Assembly: GCA_964016885.1 (NCBI GenBank)
Contig: OZ024743.1
Span: 227,416,001-227,480,000, forward strand
Direction of reading: 5' to 3'
DNA from: Eledone cirrhosa
Taxonomy: Eukaryota
Length of the DNA: 64,000 nucleotides
Shown in pieces: positions 59,893 to 64,000 of the stretch. Within the stretch, counting starts at the first letter, position 1; each line of letters begins with the position of its first letter. Below the pieces are notes generated by a model. That model was given only the letters and a program-made list of their open reading frames with translations. It was not told where the DNA came from and ran no database searches. A program made the position numbers and the translations under genes.

Positions 59893-61830
59893 ATGGCTGA
59901 CTCAGAGTTATTCCTTTCTCACAAACTAACACCTCACACCGACACCACCATTGTAAATATTACTACGTTTGCCAACACAAAAAAAAATATAAGCAGTAGC
60001 AATATTTTAAATTTGTCTCAGGCAGACATTCATTTCCAGCCATTACCAATGACTGCAAGTGATAAAGCCACCACCACCACCAAAACCGCGACAACCACCA
60101 CCCCCATCACCACCGCGACAACAGAAACAAAAGAAAAAAATAAATTAACTCGTGATATCGAAATAAATTCACCCAAAATGAACGCTTCCACAACGAACAC
60201 CACTGACGCCACCACCACCACAACTGAAACTAAAATTAATAATAACAAAAATAACGATAACAACAACAGCAACAATGACATTAAGAAAACCAGCCTGAGT
60301 TTTGCCAGAGTAGCAAAACAGTGCGAAGCATTTCAGGTAGCACAGGAGAAATTAGAAGAAGCCAAAAAAATGGTAAAGAAAGATGGGTACAGGGTCAGCC
60401 TCACCCCCGCCCCCTAATAAAATGGAGCATCGGCGCCTATGCACCGTGTGTTATCGAACAATTAATATAAAATCGCGCCGAGTGGAACGGGCATCCGAGT
60501 CCCAAATCTAAAAAGCTTTTGGACATGTGTGGCCAAAGAAACTCCACATCAGACGTGGGCAGAAGTATGGAACCGTGGACGTGTTCTTTGAAACACCACG
60601 GGAGGCTAAAGAACACTCCATGGCCCCATTAAGAAGTGACGATTTCACACTCGTCCCAAGCTATTGTGGACAGAGACTCGTAAATATCATGGTCACCCAC
60701 GTTCCACCGGCCATCGAAATTCCCTGGCTAATAGCTGCCGTCCTCGCCCGCATCGAAGCCAACACCAAGATAATCGAAATAGCGAAAGAAAAGCAGGAGA
60801 ACTGGTCCGGATCTGGGATGGAGCTCCTGATCCAAGCGGACCAAAAAAGCATTGAGGAGATCCCAGAGGTAATAGACCTCACTGACGGCAGCCACCTCAC
60901 CGTAATTGTCGAGGGCAGAAGGCCTAGGTGTGTCGTTTGTGGTGAAGGAACCCACCTAAGGGCTTTCTGTCCTCAGGTTAAAAGGTTGAGGCCACCTCTC
61001 CTACCCACTCAAGTGACTCAACCATCAACACCACCAGCAGCAGAGATGGCAGCAACAACTGTAGCAGCAACAACAGAAGCAACTATAACAGCAACAACCC
61101 CAGCAACCATAACAAAGCCAACACAACCACCACCCAACGCTTCAGAACTAGCACCAGCGCCTACACTATTCACTACGCCACAAACAAAACTAACGCCTGT
61201 GGAGGATTTTCCACTCCCCGGCCTATCACAACTGGAGACAGATTGAGACGACGAGGAGTGAGGAACGGTTTCAGGAAAGAAGAAAAAAAGAAACCAAAAA
61301 AGAAAAAAATTCTCTTCCTTCCCCTCCAAAAACAAAATACAGGGGGAAACAAATAAACTATCAAACAAAAAAGTTAGGACAGATATGCCACCATCGACAC
61401 CAGCATCACCAAGCCCATCACCACAAAACCAACACCATCACCATCATTAACCCCAACACCACAAAAGTCACCAAAAAGGGAAACAGAAACAAACCCACAA
61501 CAAACGCAAACAAAACAAAACAACCAAAACGATACACACTACACAGCATTAAATTTGAACAACAACCAATTATTACACTACATCCAACAGAACACCAGCA
61601 TCACAGAAAAATACTACACAACAACCCAAAAGTTCTCACCACCTCCACACATACAAATCACCCGCATCACACAGAAAACGTACATGACACTAAAACAAAA
61701 ATTCCCCAAAGACATCGGAGACTTCCGACAAACACTCTCCAGGAGGATTTATAAGGACATCCTTCCTGAGGAGGCCACAAGCAGTGAAAAGGATGGAAAA
61801 ACCGTCCTTTCTCTACGAGAAGTAAGGTAA
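59893..61830 (+). pseudogene. ORF1 (gag-like, zinc knuckle) of a Tx1-like LINE starting at ~59677
   Basis: SFARV motif, VEGRRPRCVVCGEGTHLRAFCP (CX2CX4HX4C), Thr/Pro-rich tail; frameshift near 60410 and stops near 61246. Confidence 0.8.
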
Positions 61831-61864
61831 GTGGTCTTTCCCATCTTTTCCACTCCATTTCAAC

Positions 61865-64000
61865 ATGACCTCACTAAATGCGCGTGGCTTGGGGTCGTCA
61901 TGGAAGCAGGGCCACCTGCTCAACGACCTCAGGTCACTAAACATAGATGTAGTGGCCATCAGCGAGACCAGAATCTCCGAAGCACAGGCCTTCGCACCGA
62001 CCTTCGGCGGCTACGATGTGTACGCATCTCCCAGCCATCCTGGATCGGAGGGAGGAGTTGGTGTGCTTTTTCGGAGATGTTTGGATCTCGCCATATGGGC
62101 CATCTTCCTGGACCCAGAAGGTAAGTTGGTGGTGCTGGACGTGACCAGCGGAGACGGGCAAGCTTTCAGGCTAGTGGCCGTCTATGCCCCGACAGGAGTA
62201 GGGCGGCCTGATTTCTTACGGCGTGTGGAGACTTTTCTTGGAACGTCCCGCTCTTTAGTGTTAGTGGGCGACTGGAACGGGATCTTAGATGCACGCTGGG
62301 TGTGTGTGGGATTATCGATTAGGGGAGGAGGGTGCAAGAGTCTCACCAACCTGCTCAGCCGTTTTGAATTGTCTGACAGGTACCGATTGGATTTCCTGAA
62401 TGTGCCAATGTGGACTTGGACAAATCGCGTTGGGTCATCCAGATCATATCTCGATAGAATATTTTGTAGGGAAATTAATAGGTCTAGCATAAGCTGTCCA
62501 CAATTCAAGATAATCAGCTACACGGACCACGAATTCGTGATCTGTGTGCTTGACTTAGATAGGCTTCATAGACGAGTACCCGGCTACTGGAAGCTAAACG
62601 CGTCCTTACCAGGCGCGCAAGGCCTACAGAGACCGGATTAGCGAACTAGTTAAGCGAGCGTTGACGGTGGCCATCGTCAACAACAAGTGGTGGTTTGCTC
62701 TGAAAAGAATCATTAGAATAGAATCCATTAGGTTTAGTAAGGCTTTAGCTATAGAGAAAAATTAGACGAGGCGCTTAGCAAAGGCATAGCGACCGACGTT
62801 CTTGCGGCGAAATTGGCCCTTGACCAATTCTTCAATGCAAAGCACGAAGGCTACGTTGTCAGAGCTAGGGTGCGTGCTCTCAGACACGAGGGGACGAAAG
62901 CCGTTCAATGGGCCCGAGTGGCGCAGGCGCGTCGTGGCAACAAAGCCACGATCCGGTCTTTGGTGGACCACGACGTGCGCATGCTACTCGATCCCGGGCA
63001 AATGTGTGAAGCTTTTCAGCGACACTTCGCTCAACTGTTCGGGGGCAGCGGCAGGCCGGATCGAGGGATGGACTTTAGTGTCTACCTCGACGGACTGCCG
63101 CGGCTCTCGGCCACTGAGGAGGAGTGTTGCGAAAAGCCGATAACAGCCGCTGAAGTACGGGAGGCAATGACTGGCTGCACAAGGGGTAAATTGCCTGGTT
63201 TGGATGGTCTGCTCTATGAACTTTACGTACAAATGCCAGACTTGTTCGGAGGCCTCTTGGCGGACGTCTACTGCAACTGGCAACAGAACGGGAGATTTCC
63301 AGCTCTGTGAGCCGAAAGCTGTGGCGCTGCTGAGAAAGGATCCGAACAAGGGGGATAACATAGATAATTTTATGCCCATAACTCTGCTAAACACAGAGTT
63401 CAAGATCTTGGCCAAGGTGCTAGCAAAGAGGTTGGCGCTTGTCGTTGGTGGTCTGGTGGGAGAGGCGCAGACATGCGCCATTCCCGACAGATCCATCCAC
63501 GACAACCTCCACCTCATGCGATATATCGTAGAAAGGGTAGCTAGGGAACCTAGCACGGGTGGGTCCTTGATCAATTTAGATCAGTCGAAAGCTTTCGATA
63601 GGGTCGACCATCGTTACCTAGCGGCAGTCCTGAGGGCGGCTTGCTTTGGGCCCGTCTTCAGAGGCTGGATCGCTGCCATGCACAGCGACATCTGCTCTGT
63701 GGTGAGAGTGAACGGTCACCTTTCGGAACATTTCAACATCATGCGCTCGGTCCGCCATGGACATCGCCTCTCGTCCCTCTTGTACGTATTGACTCTCGAG
63801 CCATTACTGCACAAAATGGAGACGTTGAGGGGTGTCCCGCGCGAACTAGGATCGGGAAGATCCGTGTCAGCATATGCCGACGATGTCACCGTAGTGGTGT
63901 CGAACGCCAACCACATCGAGGCGATCGGCACTACACTAACAGAATACGAAGCGGTGACAGGAGCAATGATCAACCAGGAAAAGTCAGTGGGCCTGCAGCT
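61865..64000 (+). pseudogene. ORF2 (AP endonuclease + RT) of a Tx1-like LINE; runs off the window end
   Basis: SLNARGL, ISET, GGVGVL, VYAP, VGDWN, SYLDRIF, TDH, GYWKLN, PGLDGL, LDQSKAFDRVDH, AYADDVTV; frameshifts. Confidence 0.92.

Overview
Gene-free, AT-rich eukaryotic DNA full of microsatellites. The SINE and LINE content resembles a coleoid cephalopod (octopus-like) genome, but that is an inference. No intact host gene could be supported, and most ORF-track entries are (AT)n/(GT)n/(AG)n artefacts. The window is a nest of decayed mobile elements: Penelope-like elements (PLEs; RT + GIY-YIG), CR1-like, RTE-like, Dong/R4-like (RLE) and Tx1/L1-like LINEs, tRNA-derived SINEs, a Tc1/mariner-type MITE, a DNA-transposase relic and a Helitron-like unit. 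The main signal the ORF track misses is about 15 type I hammerhead ribozyme (HHR) motifs of several families, found by eye on both strands. Most sit in short islands inside (TA)n tracts. Many lie in snap-back palindromes whose centres coincide with small hairpins: a 5.1-kb head-to-head PLE, a near-perfect 334-bp zero-spacer palindrome with an HHR on each strand, and a second ~310-bp two-HHR palindrome. All folds and alignments were done by eye and need computational and biochemical confirmation.
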